A stretch of DNA of 64,000 nucleotides, taken from the NCBI GenBank assembly GCA_964016885.1, contig OZ024741.1, positions 318,370,001-318,434,000 of the forward strand, read 5' to 3'. Shown here piece by piece: positions 13,356 to 27,316 of this stretch. The notes beneath the pieces are model-generated. The model made no database searches and had not been told where the DNA came from. It was given only the letters and a program-made list of their open reading frames with translations. This DNA comes from Eledone cirrhosa (taxonomy: Eukaryota). Each line of letters opens with the position of its first letter. The first letter of the stretch is position 1. The translations under genes and the position numbers were made by a program.

Positions 13356-14171
13356 GCGGTGATCTCGTGTGTAGTTTAAAAGTAGCGAAATTGAATTCAA
13401 TTCTGTTTTCCAATCGCTATATTAGACTATTTATTATAGCTCTGAATAAAGAACCAGAAAAATGTTATTTACAAACCAGGACAAATAGCAAGAATTCAGG
13501 AACCACATCATCCTCATTCTTTTCACAGAAAATAATTACTATAAATAACGATGACATCGCTTGCAATATGTTAACCCAAACTGCCTGAAGCCGTCCGATC
13601 TATCATACAAATTTATTTATTTTGAAGTGATAATATTTATCTAAAATCCGTCCATCATAATTTTATACAAAACTCTTAAATTATGATTCAAACACCAGCT
13701 TAACCCCTATGATACAAAATCACCTGAAAGCGTCCAGAATGGTTTATTATAAATGTTAATATTTATCTAAAACCCTTCCATCATAATTTTATGTAAGAAT
13801 ATTTCTTAAGTTATGCTCTAAACATTAGCTTAATAACGAGAAAGTAAGATATATTTCTAAATCTCTCTTGATTATTTTCAAAAATATATGAAATGATTTC
13901 GAAAAGCTTAAAGTGATTATATTTATCTGAAAAACTACCAATATAAATTAATGTAAATTTTGATGCGCTATACTCCGAAGATCAGTTGAGTAATGAGAAA
14001 ATTAGTTATATTTATAAGCACCTAAAAATTCTCGATTATTTTCAATTTTCATTTTTTTATTATTTCATTAGAAATATTGTAACAAAAGATTACGTTTTCA
14101 ACACGTCATATAGATTGCAGTGCATTAACCATTTAAAAAAAACCTACAGTACAATTTTAATGAGTCACCTT

Positions 14172-14362
14172 ATAATAATTGTTTCTATTTTTGGCACAAG
14201 GCCAGCAATTACCCAGTGCATTACTGGTAGTTTATTTTAGCGACCCTGTAAGGATGAAAGGCAAAGTTAACCTTGGAGGGATTTGGACTCAGATCATAAA
14301 AGGGCGTAACTTTGTGCTGCAAAGCATAGCGTCCGACCCTCTACCGATACTGTTAATCCAAC
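14172..14362 (-). mobile_element. SINE family A copy
   Basis: Matches 461-646; flanked by the direct repeat AGTCACCTTATAATAAT (probable TSD). Confidence 0.8.
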
Positions 14363-14562
14363 AAGTCACCTTATAATAATAAGAGTTTATAACAAGATAA
14401 AAACGAACTAAATTAAATTAAATTGTTCATGTCTTAACCCTTTCATTCCCATATTCTAATGAAATAAACTGTCTATCCTTATATATCTTCGACATTTTAA
14501 ATCTGGTGAAGCCCATCCTTCTTCAGGCTTGAACACTGACCATTTCCTCCATAAATAAATAA

Positions 14563-14606
<44 letters not shown>

Positions 14607-14624
14607 TGTATATATATATATATA

Positions 14625-14698
<74 letters not shown>

Positions 14699-14802
14699 AA
14701 ATACTAAAAAGGAAAACATTTTTTTTTTAGTAGAAAATGGTGGAGAGATTTTTTCAGTTATAAAATCAAAAATGTATAAAGTCGGTAATTCCGCGTTTAA
14801 TA

Positions 14803-14840
14803 ACGGTACCGGTTTCAGCATTATATGCTTTTTCAGCTGC
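14803..14840 (-). ncRNA. Decayed minimal hammerhead in a PLE-like 3' end
   Basis: GCAG-CTGAAAA-AGCAT ata ATGCT-GAAA-CCGG-TA-CCGT; G8 changed to A. Confidence 0.6.
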
Positions 14841-15719
14841 GGATGTGCATAAAGCAGTTAAGTTGCATATTTATACGAATAATAAAAAGGGGAAGAACAA
14901 TTATTAGTTTTTACATACATATTTAGAGAGGAGAGTTCATATCTCTATCCGTGGTTGTCCTTCGTTCTCTGTTAGTTGGCTAATATATATAGTTCAAAGA
15001 GGCAACAAACAGAGGTATAAAAAGTCTTATTAGTTTCACGCTTTATATTGAAAAGAAGAAAGAAAGTTTGACGTGTCAGGCTTAAGTCCTTCTTCAGGAG
15101 TACAAAGTAGAGACAGGATCACAAACAGAAAGAATATCCAGTAAAGACACACACACAAAAAAAAAAAAAACGAAAATGAAGAGGGAAAACAAGAAAGCCG
15201 TTAGGTAGTCTTGTTAACGAGTAAATTTCTTTTTACTTGGCATGGTGTGAAAAAAGGAACGACTGAGAAAATAAAAGAGATGACAAATAAATTAGAGGTA
15301 AAAACAAAGAGAGAAAGAGAGCGAGAGAGAGAGAGGGGGATGACAAAGAGATATAGAGGAAGAATAGACCCTAGTACTAAACTGGCACTTTTTAGCGAAC
15401 TCAAAAAGATGAAAGCTAGAATTGCACTTGTTGAGATTTGAACCCAGACCGCAGATAAGCAGGCGAATATCATGAAACATTTTACTCAACGTTCTAACCA
15501 TTCTGCCAATTCTCCATCCAGTATTTACTTGAACATCGATGACTAATTACAATTTTTGAAGTAAATCAATGAACTAATAACATTTACGTTTCCAGTTTAC
15601 TTCTTCGAACTATAACCCAATACATGAAATATTTATTATAACAAAGGATTCAGAGTTTGATTTTGTTCGTATTAATTGCAGAGTGTGTAATCCCACTTAC
15701 AAAGACAACAGTGTGTGTG

Positions 15720-15763
<44 letters not shown>

Positions 15764-15836
15764 AAACTGGAACGGGAACGAAAACAGAGAGGCAGTACAA
15801 ACAAAGGTTTATTAGTTTCACACTCTTGAGAGTAGG

Positions 15837-15888
<52 letters not shown>

Positions 15889-16094
15889 TAGCGAGAATCG
15901 TATTTCGGCTTAGGAATTAACGAAAAACAACTTCCGAGATGTGTGGCAAGCGCTCGATGATTCAGAATGAACCAGAGCCACAACATACGTTAAAGGCCAA
16001 ACACACTGAGATGATGGTTAAACAAAACATCCGCACAGCAAAAGAAACGACCAAGTAATTCGGGTCAAACAATAAAAATATATGTGATTGAAAA

Positions 16095-16196
<102 letters not shown>

Positions 16197-16448
16197 GGTA
16201 TGTCTCTATTTATAAAACAAACTTTGTATTTTATCTGATGAAAGCGTACCAATGTTGTCTTGGTACCCTTTAAATATATATAATAAATTAAATATGGTTT
16301 TATAAATATAGTTTCCATTTATTTAATATCATTGAATATTTACTCCAGTAAACTGTTGAGTGCTCTAAATCAGTTATAAACATTTATATTTGTCGGACTT
16401 CCAACAAATTAAATACCACTTCTACTTATATATATATATATACATATA

Positions 16449-16557
16449 GTAATAATTGTTTCTACCTTAGGCACAAGGCCAGCAATTACCCAGTGCATTA
16501 CTGGTACTTTATTTTATCGACCCCGTAAGGATGAAAGGCAAAGTCAACCTCGGCGGA
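16449..16557 (-). mobile_element. SINE family A 3' fragment
   Basis: Family core and 3' end present. Confidence 0.75.
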
Positions 16558-16624
16558 GTAATAATAATAAATGTTAAGACTAAAATCCAAAGATCGCTCG
16601 ATAAGGATAAATATATATCATATA

Positions 16625-16662
<38 letters not shown>

Positions 16663-16663
<1 letters not shown>

Positions 16664-17212
16664 GTAGATAAATCTACCAAGAGTTTACGGTAGTGTCCAA
16701 TCCGTATGAAGAACTCAATGTATTCCGGATATCATGGAAAGAAGAGATGTAATGAAAAATCACTTTCGGTGAAAGATAAACGGTATACAGAGTCAAGATA
16801 AAATATTAAACAAATAATGAATAAAACAATGAAACAGTTCCTTATATTAAACAAAAAAAGTTCATTATTTAACGATCGTTTCTAGGATATATATGTGTTA
16901 GAATTGGCATGCATATTCAACAGATCTATGTACAAAATTATACAAAATTATACAAACTATCAAGATTAAATATACATACCAAACACACATATACGCCGTC
17001 TTCAGAAATATTTCTGAAGACGGCGTATATGTGTGTTTGGTATGTATATTTAATCTTGATAGTTTGTATAATTTTGTATAATTTTGTACATAGATCTGTT
17101 GAATATGCATGCCAATTCTAACACATATATATCCTAGAAACGATCGTTAAATAATGAACTTTTTTTGTTTAATATAAGGAACTGTTTCATTGTTTTATTC
17201 ATTATTTGTTTA

Positions 17213-17221
<9 letters not shown>
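16663..17221. mobile_element. Fold-back element: spacerless 424-bp palindrome (16798-17221) with a one-sided tail
   Basis: Centre AAAT|ATTT at 17009/17010; mirror-identical ORFs in the track; (TA)n on both sides. Confidence 0.85.
17009..17153 (+). ncRNA. Minimal type I hammerhead with long stem II (mirror copy on the minus strand)
   Basis: TATTT-CTGAAGA-[116 nt, TATATGTGT..ACACATATA]-GAAA-C-GATC-G-TT-AAATA. The base of stem II is imperfect. Confidence 0.6.
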
Positions 17222-17261
<40 letters not shown>

Positions 17262-17716
17262 GAATGCAAAATATATATGGGCGAAGACAGGAAAAAGGAA
17301 AATGAACAAATACAGACTCCCATCCCATCAGTCGATCGCTAGAGATACGTTGTTTAAATGCCTTATATACATACACATCGGCAGGAAGCGTGTAACGTTA
17401 TATACATATAAATATAATATTACATAGTATCAGCAGAAAATGAACACAGAAAAACAGTTACATAAGGGGAAAACGCTGCACATCTAACAGCCACCTTGCT
17501 GACGTGCAGTTTCGAGGTAGAAACGCAGCTGTCTGTTTTATGTAACTATTTTCCTGTGTGCATTTTCCGCTGATACACACACACACACACACACACTCTC
17601 TCTCTCTCTCTCTCTCTGTTATATATATATATATAATCATATCTGGGAAAAGTAAAACTGGACGCCTTTGTATATATCTATACGTGTGTAAAGATATATA
17701 TATTTCTCATTTAATT

Positions 17717-17784
<68 letters not shown>

Positions 17785-17792
17785 TACACACA

Positions 17793-17922
<130 letters not shown>

Positions 17923-18256
17923 AGAAGAGGACATACACATTAAGTTCTCTTTTCGAACAATGACCGTGCGCGTAGTACGTAATCGCATATACAATGATAC
18001 TATTCACTCTCTCACACAAACATGTATATATATACATATACATACACACACACTATAATTATATATATATATATAAATATATATATACATATTTCCATCC
18101 ATATATCTATCCATAAGCCATAACCAAGAAAACAAAAACAAAAACAAAAAAGACAATGTTACTTATGTATATTGTGTCTCGTAAATACTTTCTTTTAATT
18201 CTCAAGGCAGTCAGTACATACAAACACAAATACAGTCACGGATTATGTATATACAG

Positions 18257-18290
<34 letters not shown>

Positions 18291-18418
18291 CGTGTGTGTG
18301 TGCGTGTGTGCGTGTATGTATGTGTGTGTAGGGGGGTGTATGTGTGGGTGTATGTGTGCGTGTGTGTGTGTGTACATGTATATATGTATATATATGCATA
18401 TATATATATGTATATATG

Positions 18419-18449
<31 letters not shown>

Positions 18450-19461
18450 GTATATATATTTATATATATGTATATATATATATGTATATATATTTATATA
18501 TATGTATATATATATATGTATATATGTATTTATATATGTATATATATATGTATATATGTATTTACACAAATAGTTGTTCTTCCATTTTAAAAAAAAAACG
18601 TTTGTTGTACCTTATAGCTTAATATATCTTGATGTAATTCTCATATCTGCTCAGAGTAACTTTCTATAAGATGGATTCTTGTATACAATAAAGGATGTTT
18701 CTTTCGATAAAATTTTCATTTGATTTTTATACCTATTTAGTTTCGTGGCATTGTCTTCATAGTCCGACTGGCAATTCAATAAATATCCTTATACTGATTA
18801 TCAATGAACTTTCAGCGTTAATGTGTCTGTTTGTCTTTTTTTTTCTTTTTTAGTTATTTTTTTTGTTGACTCAAAGTGGCCAAATAGTTAAGAAGTTCTT
18901 TTTGTAATCATCAGGTCCCGGGTTCTATCCTACTGCGAGACAACTTGAGCATGTGCCATTTACCATAGCTTCGGGTCGACCCATGCTTTGTAAGTGAAAT
19001 TAATTTTAAGAGAGGCTATTCTGCTGTTGTTCAAACAACTGGAATACTCATCGTTGAAACCGACGGAGGTCCATTCCATTCCAGTTATTAATTTAACAAA
19101 GAAGGCTCATAACTGAATATGAGAAAATAAATAGATTCTTATTAAACATAAAATTAGCACGGAAAAGCTTCTCGTCTTGTTTATTAAATATGTATAATTA
19201 GATAGATATTTTATACGAGACTAGAAATCAATTTTCCAATCAATGGTAATTTAAAATTAACAAATCATAGAATTTATCATTAAATTAAGAATGATAAATT
19301 CGTTTAAATATTTTTGATAGGCCAACTTTAGAGGATTTCATATTCACAGCTTACACACTCGGATTTTTTACCCCGAAGCTTCACATTGAAGGAGCTGAGT
19401 ATTTATTACCTAAAATAATTACGGAAATGCTATTAGTTTCTTTATTCAACTTTAACTGGTA

Positions 19462-19750
19462 CTCCGTCGGTTACGACGACGAGTGTTCCAGTTGATACAA
19501 TCAACGAAACAAATTACTAGTGAAATTAAGGTGCTGGGCATTCAACAGATACGCGTACACTTAACGTAGTTCTCAGGGAGATTCAGCATGACACAGAATA
19601 TGACAAAGCTGACCTTTCGAATTACAAGTATAACTCATTTTGCTAGTTGAGTGGATTGGAATAACGGGAAATAAAGCGCCGTCGGGAATCGAACTCACGA
19701 CCTCACAATCGTGTGCCGAATACCCTCACCACTAAGCGCCGCACCATCAC
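19462..19750 (-). mobile_element. SINE family B copy
   Basis: Minus strand: GCGCTTAGTGGTGAGGGTATTCGGCAC...GTGAGTTCGATTCCC. Confidence 0.7.
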
Positions 19751-19965
19751 TAGTTACTATATATATTTTGACTATCTAGAAGTTTAATGAGAAGATGAAA
19801 AAATTAACTAATTACATTGACTAGTTGTTTCCTGGGAGCAACCAATAAAACACGCCCGATAGAATACTTTCTAACAAAATAAACTTGCAATCACGGCCGG
19901 ATATCTAACTCTTAGGCGCCTTATTCTCTCAAATAAAATAATTTCAGCAAAATTTATACCATAAT

Positions 19966-20024
19966 GATAGTAGTTGATTTCCTGTCAGTCTGTCAGAATC
20001 GGTCTGGCAAGCTGGCGAATCTGG
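19966..20024 (+). ncRNA. Decayed HDV-like ribozyme at the RTE 5' end
   Basis: P1 GATAG/CTGTC, P3 TGA/TCA, L3 TTTCCTG, J4/2 GGCGAA, P2' TCTGG; the P2 5' strand is damaged. Confidence 0.45.
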
Positions 20025-21700
20025 TTTTGACACTTCTTCACTGCCCAATCCAAAACACTCACACAAACCAAATGACAATAACTTGGGAACGACAGGTGAA
20101 CAGGTCTGGCTCGGCACGTATCTCTAATGTGATAAATTGACAACACAGAAAGATTAAAAGCACTATGAAACTTACTTGTTTGAATGTGCGTACTCTAGTT
20201 GACGACAATTTGACTCAAAGTCCATAGAGACGAATTGCATTGATCGATTATGAATTGAAAAAATATTCATTGGATATAGTGGCTCTATCTGAGACACATC
20301 TACATGGAGATAGTCTCTCAATGAAAGTGGATTTGGTTACACTTTCTTTTGGAATGTCAAAGGAGAGAATCGGGTGTTGGCTTGGCTGTTAGAAACTCTC
20401 TCATCTCATCTTTAGGAAATTATCCCAGTGGTTTCTCAGAACGCATTATGTTATGTTCTTTGCATTTGAAAAAGAAAGATACCTTCCAATAATAAATGTT
20501 TACGTTCCCACAATGTCAGACCTAGAATAATCTATTGAACAATTCTACAATTAACTTGGAGAATTAGTGAGAAATGGTCCGGCTGCTGATAAGTAGATAA
20601 TTATGGGTGTGTTCAACTCGAGGGTTGGATTTGCTTTCATAACATGGCATGCCATAGGTAAGCATAGAATAGGAAAGTGCAACCGAAATGATGTTTCACT
20701 CCTCATGTTTTGCACTGAACATCAACGTTTTCAGCAGAAAAATAAATATAAGATAACTTGGATGCACCCAAAGTCTAAGGATTAGCATATCAAATTATAT
20801 TTTAGTTTTAAAATGTGATGTAAACTTTAAGGGCACACCTTCTGAGCCTTTTGCATTGGAAGGTGGTGTGAAGCAGGGAGACATTGAAGCACCTACTCTC
20901 TTTGCAATATATTTTGTTGCCATGCTCTATCATGCTTTCCAAAACAACAATGAAAGAGTATATGTAAAATATCGTGTTTTTAATTTAGCAAGAATGGAAT
21001 TCAAAAGCAAAGTGTTTACTTCACTAATAAGAGACCTACTATATGCTGATGACCGTGACCTTGTTAGTCATACTGAGGATGGATTGCAATAGTAGATTTC
21101 TGCATTTGATTCGATATGTGATATCTTTGGCTTTACTATAAATTTAAAAAAAGAAAACGGTAGTTTTGAATCGACCTCCACCTGGACAAATTGTGTAACT
21201 GCCTAAAATATATTTGAAAGGTAATTTTCTTAAGGTTGTTGGATCTTTCTCATACTTTGGGTGTGCAGTGAATAAAATAGAACATTGTATTCAGAAATAT
21301 CTTTAAGGATTGAAAAGGCAGCAAAATCATTTGGTAATTTAGAGTCTCGGTCACAGAGACATATCAAGAATGAAACAAAAGTTTCTCTTTTGTACTCTTC
21401 TGAAACATGGATATGTTACAAATATCACTCGAAACTCCTAGAACTATTCCATCAAAAATGCTTACGACATATTCTGAAAATAAAATGGAATTCATTCTCT
21501 CCTGATTCTGATGTTCAAACTGCATCTGGTATTTGTTCCATCTAGGAAATAATTTTGAAAAACCAACTGCGGTGCTCTAGATATATTGCCCCCATTATCG
21601 ACGAGCGTATCTCTAAGCAACTGTTTTATAGATAACCTGCTCAGGGAAACAGAAACCAGGGTAATGGAAGTAAATGTTAAGAGCAATATAAGTAAAAACA
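19966..21700 (+). mobile_element. Decayed, internally deleted RTE-clade (BovB-like) LINE
   Basis: APE motifs LNVRTL and LDIVALSETH; RT motifs GVKQGD..APTLF and LLYADD; C-terminal LLYSSETW and FHQKCLRHILKIKW; many stops. Confidence 0.9.
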
Positions 21701-21893
21701 CTCAGTAAGGGAATATGTATGTATATACATATATATATAAATATACATGCATATTTAAGCATGGATATATAAGCATGTATATTCATATATATATATATAT
21801 ATATATACGTACATACATACACATACATATTCATATATATATATATATATATAGGTATAAACATATGTATCTATATATGTATATACACATAAC

Positions 21894-21942
<49 letters not shown>

Positions 21943-22381
21943 GCATACATACACACGCATATACAATATCATATATTATATATAATAAATCGTATATTTT
22001 CATATATATATATACATATAAATATATTATCATCTCATAGTTGTTATTGCTCTCGAGTGATATCATGTATAATCCAATTAGTTTAATATCTGTTTTTCCG
22101 AGAGAAAGAAGGTGAACCAACGAAATGGCGGAGAAACAGTGAAATACCGGAGTAAACAGAGACCACCAATCAATACCTACATATTGAACAGGAAGTTAAT
22201 TAGAAATCTTTCTAATTCGTCTCGATGAGCTTTTCCAAACAAGCAATTTACCTACTCTTTACAATCAAGAGAGACGTCGTCTACCTTGAGCTGGGTGGTA
22301 TTGTTGGTGGTAGTGGTCGGACCTCCGTCGGTTGCGAAGACCAGTGTTTCAGTTGTTGGAATAACACAGACTGCAAATTGT

Positions 22382-22461
<80 letters not shown>

Positions 22462-23899
22462 TGTCTGTTTTGTGTCGTGTGCGTGTTGGACTACCGTCGG
22501 TTACGAGATGAGGGTTCTAGTTGTTCGAAGAGTTAAACAGCTTCCCTCTGAATTTAACTTGCAACTATCTGAGCAGACTTTATACAATAAAATATGTACA
22601 TGGATCGATACTATCGACTAAAACATTCAAGGTGGTGCCCCAGCATGAACGCTGTCTAATGATTGAAACCAGTAAAAGAATAAAAGAATAAATAATACAT
22701 ACATTACACAAATGCAATAGCTAAAGTGCTTAATAACCGATGTTTATCTACGTTGGTTCGTGTTTACTAATGCCAAACACTAACACCCATTAATTTGAGT
22801 GATTATTAAATTATTTTCTCATGCTGTACTGTATTTTAAAGGAAGTACACCGTGTATATTTTGCAATTGTTATTCAAATAAACCTCCGTCCTCTCCCGTC
22901 CATCCATTACTGTGTTGTCTATGGTTGTTTCAATAACGACGACATTCCACTCTAATCTAAAGCTTCCTTCACTGATTGGTCAATAAAACATGACACTTTC
23001 CTAAACAGAAATTACTGACAGCAAACAAATATACAAAACAAAACACACACAAAAAAAATCTCGTCTGCTTCTCCCAAATTGGATTTACATTAAGTGGACG
23101 TGGAATTCCTGATTGTCTACAACTCTACATAATAGACTCGTCTACGTAATTGACTCGTGTGCATAATTGACTCGTCTAAATATATTTCTGAAAATGTTTC
23201 GAGAAAAAATACCAGGTGTTTTGTAGATAAGTGTCGGCTTATGGCTTAGTGGTTAGATTACAGTTTTCGGCTGGCGGTAGTAAGGTAGGAAGTTCGATTA
23301 CCGCATCAGTCAATGAGTTGTGTCCTTGAGCAACATTTTTTATTTCATGTTGCCGCAGTCTACTGAGCTGAGAAAAAATGAGTTATATCATATTAATGAT
23401 ATGAGTTATAGCCTTAGGTCGACCCAAGCTTTGTAAGTGAAACTGGGTAGATGGAAACTATTTGGAAACCCGTTGGATGGAAAGTCCAGCATTGTCCCAT
23501 ACTGCCGGGTGCTCAGCTATATGCAAGTACATCGCATGAGTAGGCTGGTTCATTGTTCGAACAAACGGAACACTCATCGTCGAAAACGACGGAGGTTCAA
23601 CATGTTTTAATGGCAGGTGATTGAGTGTGCGTGCGTGCTGGTGTGTGCGTGCGTGTTGTGTGTTAGTGTTCATGCTGTGTGTCAGTGCGTGTGTTGTGTG
23701 AGTGTGCGTGTTGTGTTGTGTGCGCGTGTACGTCTAAGTGAAATTTATAAGCTCAAGAAAACTAGTGAATTCTGTTGATCTGGGTGATTATTCTAATCGA
23801 TAAAATAATATAATATTTAAATATTACCAAAATATTCGATTTTTATGGAAATAAAGTTGGTAAGAAAATATTTCTGCTGAAGACAAAGTCAACAAAATG

Positions 23900-24070
23900 A
23901 ATAATAATGGTTTCCTGATTTAGGCACAAGACCAGCAATTTGAAGGAAGAAGAAAGTCGATTAAATCGACCCCAGTGCATTACAGGTACTTTATTTTATC
24001 GACCCCGTAAGGAGGAAAGGAAAGCTAACCTCGGCGGGTCTGGAACTCAAAACGTAAAGGGACGTAACTA
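23900..24070 (-). mobile_element. SINE family A copy
   Basis: Family core and 3' end present. Confidence 0.75.
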
Positions 24071-24099
24071 ACTATATGTCTCAAGTACTATTGCCAGGG

Positions 24100-25075
24100 T
24101 CAAGGTCAACATTACTGACTCTGCATATGTTCTGAATAATGATATTTTGATTTTTCTGGGTAGATCTGACTTCCATATCCTTTCCATTGTGTTCATTACA
24201 ACCCAAACTTTGGAAATTCTAATGACATTGTTGTTTTTTTAATGAACTCATCCAGCTACCCAAATATAGAAAATCATCAAACTCGATTTAGTATTCCACC
24301 ATCCAATGTGACAAGATTTCCATCTTCTTAGTTTAGTGATATGTACTCTGTCTTGGTAACATTTGTATGTTGACCAATTTTCCTGGAAGAGAATTCGACT
24401 TTATGAAGAAGTTCTTGACCTAGACCAATGGTATTTGATGAAGAGCTATGACATCAGCAAAATCTATATCACATATAATAGTTAGTGAGTTTCACTTACT
24501 TCTCCTTTGATCATGTTCATTAACAATGGCTTCCCTCATGACCCATGTGTCACCCGCTAGGATTTAAAAAAAACTCAGTATCACCATCAGGAGAAAGAAC
24601 TTGAGCTTCCATGTTTATGTAGAGTACATTTATAGCAGAAACTATGGCGTCAGGTATGCTATATGCAATTAGGATTGACATAAGCTTTCCTCTATGGGTA
24701 GATTCAAAAGCCTTCTTGAAGTGAATGAAAATTAGTACAGCTTTCACGTTCTTTGATCTGACACCTAGTAGCCTCCACAATGTCAATATTTGTGAGACAG
24801 TCGATCTATTTTGATGAAACCATTTTGATGTATTTTGGGTTTCGGGTCTAGATGTTGTCTTATTCTGTTTAGTAGCATTATGTTGTAGATGTTAGCTGCA
24901 ACTACTGACAAAATAATTTCCTCTGTAATTTGCTGTATATCCCAGGTCACCTTTCTTGGGTAGAGGCATTATTCCTTCATTTCTCCAAATTTTCGGTACA
25001 TCTCCTTCGGAGGTCTTTTGGCAGATTTCAAGCAGCTCATCCTTCATGTAAACTTTACATACTTCTGCGCCGGTA
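24100..25075 (-). mobile_element. Decayed RTE/RTEX-like LINE reverse transcriptase fragment
   Basis: AVLIFIHFKKAFESTHRGKL (F.D..KAFDS motif) and DIDFADV (YADD-equivalent). Confidence 0.8.
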
Positions 25076-25093
25076 TATTATTCATATATATAC

Positions 25094-25167
<74 letters not shown>

Positions 25168-25242
25168 ATATACATACATATATACTCACACACACACACA
25201 CACATACACACACACACACACACACGCGCACACGCGCGCGCG

Positions 25243-25293
<51 letters not shown>

Positions 25294-25319
25294 ATAAATA
25301 TATACATATATAAATGAAT

Positions 25320-25555
25320 AAAGAATAACCAGTATTAATATTAAATCATTTGATTGACGAACGTTAAAATAACAGGAATATTCATTCCTGTTATATTAAT
25401 CTCTTCAGAAACTATTAAATAACATTAATATTTACCAGTACATGTCCATAAGATAATCACAGAGATTAATATAACAGAAATGAATATTCCTGTTATTTTA
25501 ATCGAAACGTTCGTCAATCAATTAAATGATTTAATTCAAATCTTGGTTGTTATTA
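25320..25555. mobile_element. Imperfect fold-back element with hammerhead parts in both arms
   Basis: Left arm (minus) has CTGAAGA plus stem II. Right arm (plus) has GATTAATATAACAG..CTGTTATTTTAATC-GAAA-C-GTTC-G-TC. Confidence 0.65.
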
Positions 25556-25736
25556 TTTAATCACTTATAGTATATATGCTCTGTGATGTTGTAAATCTAC
25601 TCTGATTGGAAATTTACCGATTGTATTAAACTCTGAACTGCCTCTTACTTATTTTGCTGTGGACTATAAAATGACATTCAGCTTTAAAATGTTCTTTGCC
25701 GTTATATAGTTATATAAACTCTTATATATCTAAACT

Positions 25737-25845
<109 letters not shown>

Positions 25846-25894
25846 AAATAAATAAGTCAAATATTTAAAATTTGGCTTCGTTTATTAAAGGTGT

Positions 25895-25949
25895 ACTGCT
25901 ATATATATTTTGGTGACAGCCATCTTTGGCTGTGACCTCTTCAGGCAGT
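25895..25949 (-). ncRNA. Minimal hammerhead, G12 lost
   Basis: ACTGC-CTGAAGA-GGTCACAGCCA aaga TGGCTGTCACC-AAAA-TATATA-TA-GCAGT. Confidence 0.65.
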
Positions 25950-26059
25950 CCGAATTGGTGTGGTAGAGACGGGTACACATGTTGTTGAGGTGTTTAACTC
26001 CGTCCATACTCCGATATGCCCAGTTCCTGGTTGGGTTGTTATTTCTCTGAGGAACTTGA

Positions 26060-26116
<57 letters not shown>

Positions 26117-26623
26117 TCCATCTGGTTCTTTACCACAATTCCTTAGTTATATATATATAATTAATTAGAAAGTGAACAACACAATATATAACTACTCCAT
26201 TACCAAAGGTTTCTGGATCCCAGACAATAATAATATACGTCTGGATTGGTCGTCAGACAGAACTTTAAAATGAGATTTAAAATCTGTTAAAAATTGGAAG
26301 TGAGGCTGGAAAAATAACGGGAAATATACATAAGAAAAGAAGGGTAAGAAAAATATTATATAAAAATATATAGCAATATAGAAAAAGATATATGTGTGCA
26401 TACATATACACACACACACACACACACATTCAGATAAAAGTAATATATATATATATACATATGTATATATACATATATGTATATATATATATATACAAAC
26501 ATACATGTACACGGACATACACATATATACACACATATACATATACACACAAGTACTCACTCATAAATAAATATACAGACATACATACAGACATATACAT
26601 ATACAGACTACAGACACACATAT

Positions 26624-26675
<52 letters not shown>

Positions 26676-26733
26676 AAGGCTCTGATACCATCAACACTAT
26701 AAACACAGAGTTGGCATATCTAAGAACTGACTA

Positions 26734-26789
26734 ACTGCCTGATGAGGTCATAGCCATTCAATGGCTACCATCGAAATATATATAGTAGT
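26734..26789 (+). ncRNA. Minimal type I hammerhead ribozyme, intact core
   Basis: ACTGC-CTGATGA-GGTCATAGCCA ttcaa TGGCTACCATC-GAAA-TATATA-TA-GTAGT; stem I pairs 5/5 including one G-U. Confidence 0.8.
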
Positions 26790-26830
26790 AAATAAAGGAT
26801 TATGAGTTCATGCAATTGGCTTATGTTTCG

Positions 26831-27053
<223 letters not shown>

Positions 27054-27316
27054 ATATATATACATGTATATATACATATATATATAAACATGGCATGGAC
27101 ACAAGTGTATAAATACACTAGTCTGTAAATACATACATACGCAAACACACACACACACATATATAAATATACATACATACATACATATATATAAATATCT
27201 ACGCATACATATACATACGAACATATATATATCTATATACACGCATTTACACACACACACACGTATACATACACACATACATACACACATGCACACATAC
27301 ATATATATATATATAT

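Noticed and set aside
15060-15102. Minus-strand CTGAAGAAGG..CCT-GACA motif
   Set aside because: GAAA is mutated and stem I is unsupported; too degenerate to call.
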